From Chrysomallon squamiferum (lineage: Eukaryota; Animalia; Mollusca): a stretch of 64,000 bases of DNA. Below, one piece after another: positions 28,873 through 42,257 of the stretch. The notes beneath the pieces were generated by a model. That model ran no database searches and was not told the DNA's origin. It saw nothing but the letters and a program-made list of their open reading frames with translations. The stretch is from NCBI GenBank assembly GCA_012295275.1, contig CM022671.1:7502001-7566000 (forward strand). The letters are read 5' to 3'. How positions within the stretch are numbered: the first letter of the stretch is position 1; every line of letters starts with the position of its first letter. The translations under genes and the position numbers were made by a program.

Positions 28873-29992
28873 TATTAATACACCAACATAATAGATATCT
28901 TACTATAATTCTCGTTTGTTTTCGTTTGTTTTCTATTTTTATTACATATATATATATATCCAAAGACGTTCCAAAGAGGATTAATGTATCTTCTTAATTG
29001 CCCGAGTGTTCTTCATCTGATAGGCGTACAGATAAAGATTTACATTTGTATCAGCTTAAAATTCGGAATTTGTTATTTTTGTTCTTTATAAAAGAGACAA
29101 AAAAAAAAAAAAAAAAACACGGGATGATAATGAGTACCAGGTAAAAATAGTGATTTAGTGTTTTAACGAATTTGTCTAAATCGTATTTACCAGAGCCTGA
29201 AAGCTAGTTAAATCGAGATAACGATTGAGTCTTGAATCCAGCTTAAAGAATGTCAGGGGAGATAATTAAAAGTCTGAAAAATTCGCCACGAGAGGGCATT
29301 GTCCTTGAAAATCTCGACATTACTGGAATTTGCTGAAAGTGTCCTGATCACAGTTAAATGTATTTACAAATGTTTGGTATCTGTATTAGAAGAATTAATT
29401 TAAAAAATATATAAATATATCTCTTTTTTTATGTATCTGTAATATTATATTTATAAATATAATTTATCGCTTTTTCTCTTTATCTTGTTAATTTTTAAAT
29501 TATAAAAAAATGTGTGTGTGTGTGTATTTATGTCATTTGTTTTTTGCGATATTATATTCACTAAAATAATTGGCTTTTTCCTGTTTTTCCTTCTTTTTTT
29601 CATGTTTTTTGTAATAAAATGTTTATGCTCTACAAAAAATTAATAAGACATTTGTGCACTGGTCTCAGTTCATCTTTCTTTTTTTCTCTTTCATTTATAT
29701 CATTTTTATTTTTCATCCTGTTTTAATAACAAAGATATCCTAGTTTATCGATGACTCCATCAAATTGTCTGCTAGCATTAATTTTTTTTTTTCTGTTCTT
29801 GAAATGATAAATAGCCTGATTAAAAAGATTTCAGTAAAAGCAACTGCATACGAGATCAAATTCAAAAAAAAAAAAAAAAAAAAAAAAAAATGAACCAGTT
29901 CAACATTGAGTATTGACCTTTTCATCCTAACAGTAAATAAATAATAATAAAAACAAAAACATAGGCGAAAAAAAAAAAAAAAAGAAGAAATC

Positions 29993-30305
29993 CATGAATA
30001 ATTATTTAGTTCAGATTGGATGGGTTTTTTTTTTCTTTAAATTCAGGCACATTAACAACAAAAAAAAAGTTCATAAAAATTTTATACAACTTTTTTTTTT
30101 TTTTTTTTTTTTTTAAATACTTCATTACAGTTCAATTTTCATCACCCCCCCCCCAATTAAAAAAATTCATGAATAATTATTTAATTCAGATTGGATTTTT
30201 TTTCTCCTTTAAATTCAGGAATATTTGAAAAAAAAAAAAGGGTAAAAAAAAAATTCTTTACAACTTTAATCTTTTTTTTTCTTAAATACTTCATTACAGC
30301 TCATT
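29993..30305. repeat. Tandem duplication of about 175 bp
   Basis: CATGAATAATTATTTA.TTCAGATTGGAT...TTTAAATTCAGG...TTAAATACTTCATTACAG occurs twice. Confidence 0.8.
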
Positions 30306-30753
30306 TTGACTGAATTTTCATTTAAAAAAAATATATAAAAAAAATTAACAAAAAACCTTCAGGATTTTTTATCCTAAATCCTGAAATCGATATTTGTGAT
30401 TTTATTTTTTATATATTTTTTTTATTTTTCATTTTTCATTTTTCATTTTTTTTCAACTGAATGAATCACTGCAGTCATTTCTTCTTGAATATTCAAACTG
30501 GTTAAGTTTTCACGTGACTGATGTAAACCAAAACATACGTACACGTCATCGACACTACTTTTCACACTGCTTATTTGAACCATACTCATCCACATTACTA
30601 CCACTACTTCTCATATCACTGAAGTAAACCAGACCAAATCTACACTATTACTGTTACTATTACTATTACCATCACAACTACTATTACCACCACCACCACC
30701 ATCATTGCTACTACTACTGACACAATCACCACCACTGCTACTACAACCCCTCG

Positions 30754-31660
30754 CCTTTGTGACGTCTCACGGCAACCCTCACGGTTCTGACGTCAGAAGA
30801 CCAGCAACTACTAGTACTACCACTACTACTACTACTACTATTATTTCTATTACTGTTATTATTATTATTACTCTCCTACTATTACCACTACTACTATCAC
30901 TACTCCATCTATTACACTATAGTTACTAATACTACTACTATTTCTACTACTAGAAGTGCTGATACTGCTGCTGCTGCTACTATCATCATCATCACCACAA
31001 TTATTTACCTTTGAGACGTCGTTACACGACAGATGTCAAAAGGGCTACAGCTATTATTACTACTAGTACTGCTGTTACTACTACTACTACCATTACCACC
31101 ATCATCACCACCACAACTATTTACCTTTGAGACACTGCAACCATCATATTTCATATGTCAGAAGGACAACAACAGCAGCAACAACAACAACTACTACCAC
31201 TACCACTACATCTGTTGCAACTGCTATCATCATCACCGCAACAACTCATCTTTGTATCGTTACACGGCAACTCTGTTGTTCTGACGTCAGAAGAAATGCA
31301 GCTACAACAACAACATCAACTATTTCTGTTACTACTACTACTGCTGCAGCTACTACAACTATTATCACCACCACCATCACCAACATAACTATGTCTTTGA
31401 GACTTTATGTGGCAACAATCGTAGCTCTGAAGTCAGGACTGCTGCTACTACTGCTACTGCTACTACTACTGATACTACTGCTGCTGCTACTACTACTAAT
31501 GCTATTGCTGCTGCTGCTACTACTACTACTGATGCTACTGCTGCTGCTGCTACTACTACTACTGCTACTAATACTACTGCTGCTGCTTCTACTACTACAA
31601 CAAGTACAATCACCATCACCATCACACATATTTTCTTTCAGACGTTTCACGGCAACCCTC
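30754..31660 (-). repeat. Six decayed copies of the 3' end of the VAVK kinase exon, separated by ACT/ACC/GCT triplet tracts
   Basis: Variants of CTTTGAGACGTTTCACGGCAACCCTCGTCGTTCTGACGTCAG at about 31635, 31395, 31250, 31119, 31003 and 30754. Confidence 0.88.
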
Positions 31661-31728
31661 ATAATTCTACTACAACAACTACTACTAATACTGTCACCAA
31701 CGCCGCCATCACCACGACAACCATTTAC

Positions 31729-31954
31729 CTTTGAGACGTTTCACGGCAACCCTCGTCGTTCTGACGTCAGACGAGCTGTCACAGTAAGCGAATCCTTCAT
31801 GGACCTGTCCGAAAGCTCCGCGACCAATGAGCCGGCCGAGACGAATTTTTTTAATTCTGATGTCGCATTCCGTCGTCTGCTCTGACAACAGCACCGTAAT
31901 GCTGTCAGAGAATCGAGAGTCGTCAGATGACGTCATCTTGAACGGCTTTAATAT
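31729..31954 (-). CDS. Juxtamembrane plus kinase subdomains I-II: ...IRLGRLIGRGAFGQVHEG...RVAVKRLK
   Basis: 226 nt, phase 0-1, tttcag / GTAAAT; GxGxFG loop and VAVK lysine. Confidence 0.93.
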
Positions 31955-32756
31955 CTGAAAAACACGTACGTTTTACGTATATTCATTTAGAATGATCAAA
32001 AAGGAGTGAGGGCAACAAAAGCTTTTGTTTTTTGAAAATAAAACGAAGATTTTTTTATATATATATCCGTTTTGAAACAAACAAAAAGGGGAAATGAAAT
32101 GGTGGCTTTGTTCTTCTGAAATAAAACGAGAAATTGTTTTATTTATTTGGAATGATCAAAAGGGAAAGGGGTAAATAATCGCTTTATTGTTTTTAAATAA
32201 AACGAGGGTTTATATATTTTAGAGCGAACAAACGGAAGAGAGGACTGTGATTTTGTTATCACAAAAAAACATGAAAGGTTGTGTGTTTATTTAGTATTGA
32301 GATAAAGGAAATCGTTTCTTTTCTTCTTCTTCTTTTTTTTTTTTTTTTTGTATAATTCTATGTTACAATAAATGCTGTAATAGTTTATGTGTTTAATTAG
32401 TATGGAAATAAGGAAAACAGTGGATTTTTTAAATTATTTATTTATTTATTTATTATTATTATTATTATTTTTTTTATGTATCTAATTCCATGGTAACTGA
32501 GTACTATAACAATTTATGTGTTTAATTAGTATGTAGATAAGGCAAATAATGTGTATTTAAGTGTTATAGCATGGTAACAGTGAATACTGTAACAGAAAAT
32601 GTTGAGATGGTTGTTTGGAAAAATTTTAATCTGCTGGTAAGAGACAGTTGTAGTGTAACAATCATTTTGGTAGTGGACGGACTGAGAAGGGGTGGGCATT
32701 CTGCAAACCCTCTCTACCTCCATATATATATATTTTTTAATTATTTATTTACTTAC

Positions 32757-32795
<39 letters not shown>

Positions 32796-34247
32796 AAGTA
32801 ATAAAATTAGCATTGAAAGTACCAAAGTTTTAAAAAGACACAGATCTGTTCATGAATATTTTCCCAAAATACCAGATCTGATCGTGATAGGTATTAATTC
32901 CTGGAACTTGTGATACAAAAACATGAGCCAACCGTTGTGTTTTGTTAACACATTAGTGACTAGAATATAGATACAGTGTCCTGTTGTATTCTAATAATTA
33001 ATCCTAATATTTTAGTATAAATAATGTCCAGATAGTGAACTGATTAGAAACTAAATATGATATATATTATTTCCAATTATGTCAAGAACAGATTTGATCT
33101 CCTGCATTTTTAAAGAGCAGCTATTTTTGCCGTCTTATTTGAAATAATTACGGAAGATAATAACTTATATATATTGCTAGTGTATAACCCCGATAACGAG
33201 TGTGATGCTCTCCGCTGTAAGGAGGAAAATAAGAGACTATTGTAATCAATGGCTGAGTGTGTTGTCTATGACATATAACAATAACATTTTCCTGTAATCG
33301 TAAACTCAGTGCGCAAAAGTCACAAATCCAACAGTCAAGAGTAAAATGGCGGAGTTCAAAGGTTTTGTAACAATATTATTTTATTGTCGTTCTTTGTTTA
33401 TCACTGATGGTAGGTCGCTCAAAACAGTTAAATAATAACTGAACGATAAAAAAATTTGTTTGACCATTTATTTGTATTGCTGGAGCTGCACTTAACAATA
33501 ACATGCAACTTAACCACTACATAATAATCAAGGTTGTAATGTTCTAGTTTATACAGCAATAAAGTTTAACAGAATAGGAAAAATATCAGAAAGCAGACCA
33601 GCCTTGATAACAAGAACAGGTATAATAAAAAGTATTATGATTAGTTTTACAAACTCGTCTGTAGATTTTCTACAAACACAAATATTTTTATTACTATTAG
33701 AAACGCAGTATAACCGAAAATTTGAGAACGCCAGAAAAAACATTATGTATAATCTGAGGTGTTGAATCTAAGCCAAATAATTGCTTTGGTTATCTGGCGA
33801 CTTTTATTCTCGGATTGTTTCGGAAGTGGCTTAGACAAACTTGCAGTGACGTCAATTTCAGAAAATTCCTTTCTCTTCCCAAACGCTTCCTCCCAATGAA
33901 AAATCGATTTTTTGATATGATTTTCAAAACGATCCGAACTTAATTCCCTTAATGCCAGAAATCTAATTATTCTTAACTAAGTCTTTGATATATGTTTTTC
34001 TACTGTGTGGTGTGCGTTCAAAAATATCGTTAATGCTAATAAAAAAATAGCTTTTTTTTCTTTCTTTCTTACTATTTTTTTTTAATTTAATTTTTTATTT
34101 TTTTACCTTTAGTGAGAAGCAGAGAGATAGGATTAGTGAGCTCGTCAGATGCATGATGGATCGTTCGATCAATTTTCCTGTCTTATAAACTAATTTTTAA
34201 CGACAGTCCAGAACAGAAAATCAGCTACTGAGTTTTTAAAATCTTAC

Positions 34248-34363
34248 CCGTGTGTGTGCGTCAACTCCCAAATAGCGGTTACGTCGTCGTCGTATGTAAA
34301 CTGCGATAAACAGCAACAACACGGCGCAGCAAACAATTGAGGCTGTGACACCCACGACGTGAC
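34248..34363 (-). CDS. Transmembrane exon: (S)HVVGVTASIVCCAVLLLFIAVYIRRRRNRYLGVDAHTR
   Basis: 116 nt, phase 1-0, tttcag / GTAAGA; about 22 hydrophobic residues followed by an RRRR stop-transfer (type I topology). This is a different frame from ORF 34244..34441. Confidence 0.92.
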
Positions 34364-34789
34364 CTGAAATGAAAGTAATAATAATAACAACAACAACAAC
34401 AACAATAAGTTTAAAATCTCGAAAGTTGTTAATATATACATTTCATTCTGTCTCTTCGTCTATAAGGAGCAGTATATATACACACATACGTACACACAGT
34501 CAATGAAAAATTACTTGCGGAACTATAATTAATTTATATATTTATTTATTATGGATATATCTGTAAAGAAAAAGAAAACCCATTGAAGATAGCATCTGAA
34601 AAGTGATGGTTAGTCTCTACCCTAAGCTATATTAATATTTCAGAAACTAAAAGACAAAAAAGAGATTATACTGAACAAATGTCTTTTTCAATAATCATTC
34701 AGTAGGAGCTACTGAATACATTGATTATACTTTGCTACCATCAAGCTTAAACGATGTTCCATGGAACCACAAAGACTGGCGGTTTTGTA

Positions 34790-35110
34790 GATCATATACT
34801 GAAGCCAATGAGTTTAGAAACCTACCTAACCAAGACCAATAATTTAACTTTACAGCGACCAAGACCAGGGAGTGAACTTTGAAGTCAATGACGTAATAAT
34901 TCAGTTACAGGCCAGTTACTTAAGAACTGAACATCCAAGGCCAAGAACTGAAGTTTGAGGTCAGTGAGAAAACAAAACAATATAGACCAATGACGTAAAG
35001 AATTGCACTTTTGAAATCAATGACGTTATAATTTAATTAAATGCCTAACATTAAAGAACTGAACGATCACTGCCGTGAACTGAATTCTGACTACAGTGAC
35101 GTTAACCATG
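34790..35110. repeat. Degenerate tandem repeat
   Basis: Recurring GAAGTCAATGACGT...AAGAACTGAAC blocks. Confidence 0.55.
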
Positions 35111-35801
35111 TAGTTAGAATCCAATTACTAATAAAAGCTGAATCTTCACGACCAAAATCTTCTTTCTATAGCTTATTACACAGTCAATATAACTGTTTAT
35201 GTAATAAAAGCTAATTAACAAATAAATTGCTTTCTGAAAATGGATGGTGTTTAAAGCTCGTCCGATCTGGACAAGATCAATAACCAAATGCTCAGACACT
35301 CAGCCAGCTTGTTAAAGTAATTATATTTATTGGTAATAAAACAGTGATTAACTCTCACAAAAGTTCGATCAGTTAAACCAACCCCGTAATAAAATGACAT
35401 AAAAAAATAATGAAGTTGTAAAGAACTGCATTTTTACTTATACAGATTTTTTTTTTTTTTTAAATGATTATATGTATAGTTTCGGATTTCAGAGCTTTTC
35501 ATATTTCGGAATTTTGAATAAAGGATCTTCAAACTAGTAGTACTAGTAGTAGTAATAGTAGTAGTAGTAATGTAGTAGTAGTTGTAGTAATAGTTGTAGT
35601 AGTCGTAGTTGTTAGAATTTAAGATTAAATGATAGTGTCTGAAAAGAGATGTATGAAAGATAGACTTGAATTTTTGTGAATAAAACGTCAATACTTTATC
35701 AAGTTTAAACGATAGTGACTAGAAATCTATGAAAGAAGGACTTGTCAACACTTTATCAAGTTTAAATGAAAGATTTGTATTTAAGTGACAAAAGTCAATA
35801 C

Positions 35802-35891
35802 TTTGTGATGATTTCGCTTCTAACGATGATGAAGAAGACAACACTTTGTGCACAAGCCGCACAGATGAGTTGTAGGTGACAAGCATATTTC
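35802..35891 (-). CDS. Probable Ser-rich stalk exon, possibly a cassette: (R)NMLVTYNSSVRLVHKVLSSSSSLEAKSSQ
   Basis: Good acceptor (ctcactgtttattttcag) and an open 90-nt phase 1-1 frame compatible with both neighbours; the donor AAA|GTATTG is weak. The exon is not required to keep frame. Confidence 0.45.
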
Positions 35892-36129
35892 CTGAAAATA
35901 AACAGTGAGTGTGTTAATAGTGTTAAACATACATTATTAAGCATGAAGACACACACACACATACACAATGTATATATTTATACATACATACACACATATT
36001 AAAATGAACAGAAGGGTAGAGAAAGATATATATATATATCTGTATATCGATCTGTCCCAAATAAAATAGAAAATGCATACAGATTGACATATATAAATAG
36101 ATAAAACGAGAGAAAGAAGACATTTAGAC

Positions 36130-36279
36130 AGTCAGAGAAAGAGAGAATCGAACAGATAGACAATCAGTGAGAGAAAGAAAGAAAGAGAAAGAGAGGGTAA
36201 GAGAGAAAGAGAGAGAGAGAGAGAGGCAAACAGACAGTCAGAGAGAAAAAGAGACAGAGAGAGAGAGAGGATAAGAGAC

Positions 36280-36314
<35 letters not shown>

Positions 36315-36364
36315 CAAACAGATAATCAGAGAGAGTGAGAGAGAGAGAGAGAGGCAAACAGATA

Positions 36365-36397
<33 letters not shown>

Positions 36398-36454
36398 CAA
36401 AGAGATAATCAGAGAGAGAGATAGAGAGAGAGAGAGAGAGGTAAAAAACAGATA

Positions 36455-36538
<84 letters not shown>

Positions 36539-36675
36539 CAAACAGATAATCAGAGAGAGAGAGAGAGATAGAGAGAGAGAGAGGACAATCAGAGAGAGAG
36601 AGGTAAAGAGGAGAGGAGAGAGAGAGAGAGAGATAAAAGAGAGATGAGAGAGAGAGAGAGAGAGAGAGAGGGCAA

Positions 36676-36743
<68 letters not shown>
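36130..36743. repeat. Compound (GA)n array punctuated by GGCAAACAGATAATCA
   Basis: The spacer motif recurs about 6 times between GA runs, directly after a donor site. Confidence 0.9.
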
Positions 36744-36746
<3 letters not shown>

Positions 36747-36753
36747 GACGTAC

Positions 36754-36924
36754 TTGGAGGTTTGGGACATTGTGCTCTGTGTAATGAAACACGTGACAGC
36801 TCAGGTTTAACCACGCAGGAGCAGTTGTCGAGGACCACGCTGCCCACGTTGGACTCAGAATATTCTGGACACGCCAGGCAACTATGCACACCAATTTTGG
36901 ATTTGTAAGTGTTCTGTGGACAAA
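36754..36924 (-). CDS. Cys-rich module 3: (L)CPQNTYKSKIGVHSCLACPEYSESNVGSVVLDNCSCVVKPELSRVSLHRAQCPKPP
   Basis: 171 nt, phase 1-1, tctcag / GTACGT; Ephrin-receptor-like repeat; lies within ORF 36326..36967. Confidence 0.9.
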
Positions 36925-37253
36925 CTGAGAGAAACAAAAAATCGTAAAACCATTCTTTACTCATCAAAACATGAAAATATTTAATGATAATTTAAATTTA
37001 GATTCGAGAAATTTTTAAAACAAGAAAGAATGAAATGAATGCTACATAATAATAAATTTTCTATGTTTTTTTCGTGAATTTCAGGGAACACTAAGTGTTA
37101 TTATTTTATTATTATTATTGCATTATTCAGTTATAACATCAACAACAACAACAACAACAACAACAACAGCAACAAAAAACTAAACAAAAAATATCAACAC
37201 CTACCAATAAATTATGACTCATGGTCCTGCTGTTATTGTTATTGTTATTATTA

Positions 37254-37291
<38 letters not shown>

Positions 37292-37389
37292 GCTTAAAAT
37301 GCTTAATATCATTATACAAGTATAACATGAGCGATTTATTTTGATCTAAGTTGGTTACGCTTTAACTATTCAGAAATATAAACACTTAC

Positions 37390-37527
37390 GTTCACAGTAG
37401 CCGTTACCAAGATACGTTCTTCCGGGTAGACAGGCACACATAGATGACCCATTAGTAAACGTAAACGAACCTTCTGGACATTTTTGACAAGTATCTTCCT
37501 GTACCCCATAAGTACCATTAGGACAAG
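37390..37527 (-). CDS. Cys-rich module 2: (A)CPNGTYGVQEDTCQKCPEGSFTFTNGSSMCACLPGRTYLGNGYCE
   Basis: 138 nt, phase 1-1, ttccag / GTAAGT; CPxGTY...CxxCPxGS...GSxxCxC is the Ephrin-receptor-like (GCC2/GCC3) repeat pattern. Confidence 0.9.
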
Positions 37528-37888
37528 CTGGAAGGAAATATCATACAATTATTAATTGAACCAGTTTGAGAAACAAAATAACACGTCATAGAAAGAAATA
37601 CGTCTTAGGGCAAGAACGTAATATGTGTGTTAAGGGATTGGTTTGTTATTATTTGATACTGTTTGCAGAGAGTCTGATTTAAACAGTCATGTCTTGAATT
37701 TAAGTGAAAATTATTTTTGATGCGTATAGAATGGTTTGTGATCTGAAATGTGTGGAAGTGTTACAATTTTGTTGGCAAAAATACAAACAGCTTTAAAATC
37801 AAAAAATTATCACAGTCTGCAGGGAAATGATTTGTTTATACAGTGTGTGTGTCTGTGTGTTTGTGTGTGTGTGTGTGTGTTTTGTGTA

Positions 37889-37944
<56 letters not shown>

Positions 37945-38071
37945 GTCTCTGTGGCTAATGCTTTGTTACGTTAACACAGAAAGGCTTTTATATTAAATGG
38001 ATGTAAGGGACATGTAGTTTGGTTTTATCATTAGCATAACTATTTCTGTCATTTTCTTTCTAAATATTATA

Positions 38072-38171
<100 letters not shown>

Positions 38172-38308
38172 TCTAAAATATATTTTTTTTTTTTCTCTTC
38201 TGGTTCTATCACTCTCACACCCTCACACTTTCCATCTCTCTTTCTTTCAATACACAGGAAAGAAACATTTAAAATATTTTAAAAATTAAAATAAAGATTT
38301 AAACACAC

Positions 38309-38422
38309 CTGAACAGGTGTCTGCCGAGGTTTTGATGTATCCAGGTATGCAACGACAGGTGTATCCAAGCAGATCCGGTTCACTGAACATTGGACAGAAC
38401 AGACACGTTTGAAGACTGCAAT
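38309..38422 (-). CDS. Cys-rich module 1: (D)CSLQTCLFCPMFSEPDLLGYTCRCIPGYIKTSADTCS
   Basis: 114 nt, phase 1-1, poly-T plus AAG acceptor / GTGTGT; CxxCP...CxCxxGY...C pattern as in Eph-receptor Cys-rich/EGF-like regions. Confidence 0.82.
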
Positions 38423-39116
38423 CTTTTAATAAAAAAAAAAAAAAATAAAAATAAAAATATATATAAATAAATATTTATTTAGAAAACAACATATATATAT
38501 AAGTATATTAGAAATTCTGAGTTAATGTTTTCAGCGTCTTATGGCACATAAAAATACCAAATAATTCATAAAAGTGATAAGTATTTACTGCAATTGAGTT
38601 TGTGTGCCTGTCTATATATATCTTTATATGTCTTGTTTTCTCTGTACGTTTATTTGTGCACGTATCTGTATGAATTTCTGAACGAAGATAAACTATACTC
38701 GAGAACAAAGCAGAGAGAGAGAGATGGACACAGAAAGAAAGAGAGAAGAGAGAAAGAGACGGAGAGAGACAGAAAGCGAGAGTTTGTATTTGGAAAATGA
38801 CCTATCTGAACTCTCACTCTGTCAGTATCAAATAATGAAAATGTAAGAAAACAAAAGATAAATTAGTATTTTGATCCAGGCGTATAATTGTGACCTGAGG
38901 GTTAAGTTAAAAGTCGTATCACGCAACAAAATAAAGAAAAGGAAGTCAATATTCGCTCTGGGTTATTTTTCTAATGGAGAACAAGAAACCTGCGACTCCT
39001 TGGAGAAAAACTAAAACGTGATAATGTTTCTTACATCTGGGGTCTTGAGACAAAGTCAAAGACAGCTCGTGAAAAAGTAATTATTCTACTCTTGTTTTCG
39101 GTAAAGTGCGTACAAT

Positions 39117-39156
<40 letters not shown>

Positions 39157-41879
39157 GAAGAAGAAGAAGAAGAATAATTATTCTACTCTTGTTTTAATAA
39201 TAATAATAATAATAATAATAGAAGAAGAATAATAAGAAGAAGAAGAATAATAATAATAAAATAGATAATCTAACAACAACAACAACAAGGATAGAAAAAT
39301 AATAATAATAATAATAAAAATAATAGTAATAATAGTAATAATAATAATAACAATAATAACCATTATCATCATCAATTACAGTTTCTGCGTAAAACTCAAA
39401 CTGGAGAGACCTGTTAAGAAAATTATCTCTAATAATGGCCCATTTTCTCCAAAAGATTTGCCATCACTACTTATTTGTTAATCAAAGACGTAATTCACAT
39501 CTCATTCTTTTTTCTTTTTTTTTTAAACTATAATTTCATGCAAATATTTACTTTATAACACGCAGAGGCATGCATGTAAAACACATTAATAAAGAACAAT
39601 TCTGTATTTATGTTGGCAGTTTGCCTTGAGGCAATCTTTGGAAAGGAAATATTAATTTTCTACGAGTAGATAAATCTACGTCAGAGCACTGTAGAAATAT
39701 AAAAAATAAATAAATATAAAAAAAACAAAAACAAAAAAATCAAACATTTGAAACGCATACAGACGCACATACAAATTACGCTGTCAATACCAGTAACTTT
39801 TCTCGTGTTTATTTTGCGACACGAAATTAGCGCCACAACGATAACCAGCACAACGCTGTTGTAACTCATAATAGCATCGGCGCTGGAAGGTTTTAGAGAT
39901 CGATGGTGGCTTATAAATATAAAATTATCTGTCAAAACAAATGCGAAGGACTTTTTATTATTTTTATTTTTATTATTATTATTTTTTTTTTCTGTTCTTT
40001 TAGAAAATATATTGCATTTGTATGATTCAAAAACAGAAAATACATGTTTGGACAGTTTAAAACAATTTCAAAATGTTTTGGTAATGTCTATTTCTGTTAA
40101 GCTCAAAATTTAGATAATATTTTAATTTTTAGTATTATTATTAATATTATTGTTTTTGTTATTGTTGTTGTTGCTGTTGTAGTTGTCGTCGTCGTCGTCA
40201 TCTTTAATACAACTGTTGCTACATTTGTTACAACCACCACCACAATTACAGCTACAACTACTATTTCTAATACACCTACTACTGTTAATTTCTTCGTTAA
40301 CTTTTTTTATAATGTAAATTATATGACCTCAACCCACACCCACATCCATGTATATATAATAAAAGCCCATTCGAGTCCAAAATTTAAAAAAAATTCTCTG
40401 AATGTATTACGATCCGACGCGCCTAAAGCGACTAATATTATCACTAAACCTTTGCTTTTCAAATCTGCTATTAGCAGCAAATCTCAGCACATCTATTAAT
40501 AGTAGCCTCCCTCTTCTTTAAATCGCTCTAAGAAGTTTAGTTTCTATGAAGTTTATTTTTTGCAAGCCGCGTATATAAATATCTCAACTTTAGACCGATG
40601 TATTATCAAAAGTTTTTAAATATCTACTCTTTTGTTATAGGTTTTTTTTTTTTTTTTTTCATTTAAAAATGTTTCGTAATGTAAAAAACGTAACGACGAA
40701 ACTTTTAAATAAAATTGAAAGAAAAAGGATTCAATATTTTCGTTTAAAAATAAAATTTTGATTTTGAAGCAGCAGAAATAAGGCGTCATTGAACTAGTGG
40801 GCATTGACGTCAACAGTTCGATAAAACGAAGCTCTTAAAAAAAAAAAAAAAAAAAAAACGTCAAACGGCTTCGTCTATTTCAGGATATCTATAAAAGTTA
40901 TTGTAACAGGAATTTTTATTTTTTGGAGTCAGTATTATGTCTTGGCAGACAAGACAATAAATTATATTATCTTCGCAGAACTGACGCCTGCTTTTAAGTC
41001 ACTTTTAAGGTATATGAGTAAAATATTCAGATCTTAAATATTTTTGAACAAGTCAAATACTTAGATATTGCTTTCAAGCCTTAAATCTGACTGAACCATA
41101 TCCATATTTTGTTGTTGTTTCTTTGTTATTAAATTTTTTTTTCTTATGCTTTTATGGTCTTTGATTTCACTATGCTTATGTTATAAATTTGAATATAGGT
41201 TTATTTCTTCAGGATAATAAATAATGACCCTTTCCCGTATGGCATTTCAAGCGATCGCTCTAATGTTAAAGATCGCCATGGTGATACGAAGAAATATGCT
41301 AAATACATTCTGTATAATTCAAAAATATAATGAGAAGATAATACAGTTTATAAATAGGAGGATCAGGCTGCCATTTTTCTGCAGTCATGACGTCACCGAT
41401 TTGATCTAGCTGCTCAAATGTTGCCAGAAAAACAATATGGCTGTGAAACCACAATTTACGTTACAACTGGAATGTACGTCACTAAACCAACTGTCAAAAG
41501 CAATATGGCGGTGCTCAAATAGTATCAGTAGTAGTACTAGTAGTAGTAGTAGATGTAGTAGTGGTTTCAGTAATAGTTGTTGTGACCATAGTCGTAGTCG
41601 TAATTGTTATAATTTAAGATTAAATGATAGTGTCTGAAAAGAGAGATGTATAATGTTTTGTACGACTATTATTTTATTGTAAAACAGTATAATAAATCAA
41701 TAAGAATTGTATCAGACCATTTATTTGTGCTGCCACTAAAACACTTTAACCTAAAGCCCATACGTTAGTTTCTTGCAGTAGTTTCTTCCGTCTTTGGTAT
41801 GGTATTACTAATATGCAATTAACGTAAAAGTTTCGATTCCATTCCTATTAACACAAAAATAAACACGCTAATGTCTGAC

Positions 41880-42061
41880 CTTTACGTAGTGGACATTTCA
41901 TTTCACAGATGTCCATTTCGTGTAGCTGGACACGTTGTGACCGGCGCTGAGGCCAGTGACATTCAGGAGACTTGACCACTGACCCACGTGTCTGCTGCTG
42001 AAGCCATTTGACCAACCAGATGAGCTTGCAGTCACAGCGCCAAGGATTGTGATACAAGTTT
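41880..42061 (-). CDS. LRR C-terminal cap (LRRCT) exon: NLYHNPWRCDCKLIWLVKWL...SPECHWP...LHEMDICEMKCPLRK
   Basis: 182 nt, phase 2-1, ttgtag / GTCAGA; NPWxCDCxLxWLxxWL...C..P...L...C signature. An alternative in-phase donor (GTAAAG) 6 nt earlier cannot be excluded. Confidence 0.92.
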
Positions 42062-42091
42062 CTACAATGACAAGAAAACCAGGACGTTACA

Positions 42092-42209
<118 letters not shown>

Positions 42210-42226
42210 AATAATAATAATAATAA

Positions 42227-42257
<31 letters not shown>

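Noticed and set aside
31405-31662. ORF MRVAVKRLKE... as a second kinase gene
   Set aside because: It is a 26-nt echo of the real exon end running into triplet repeats.
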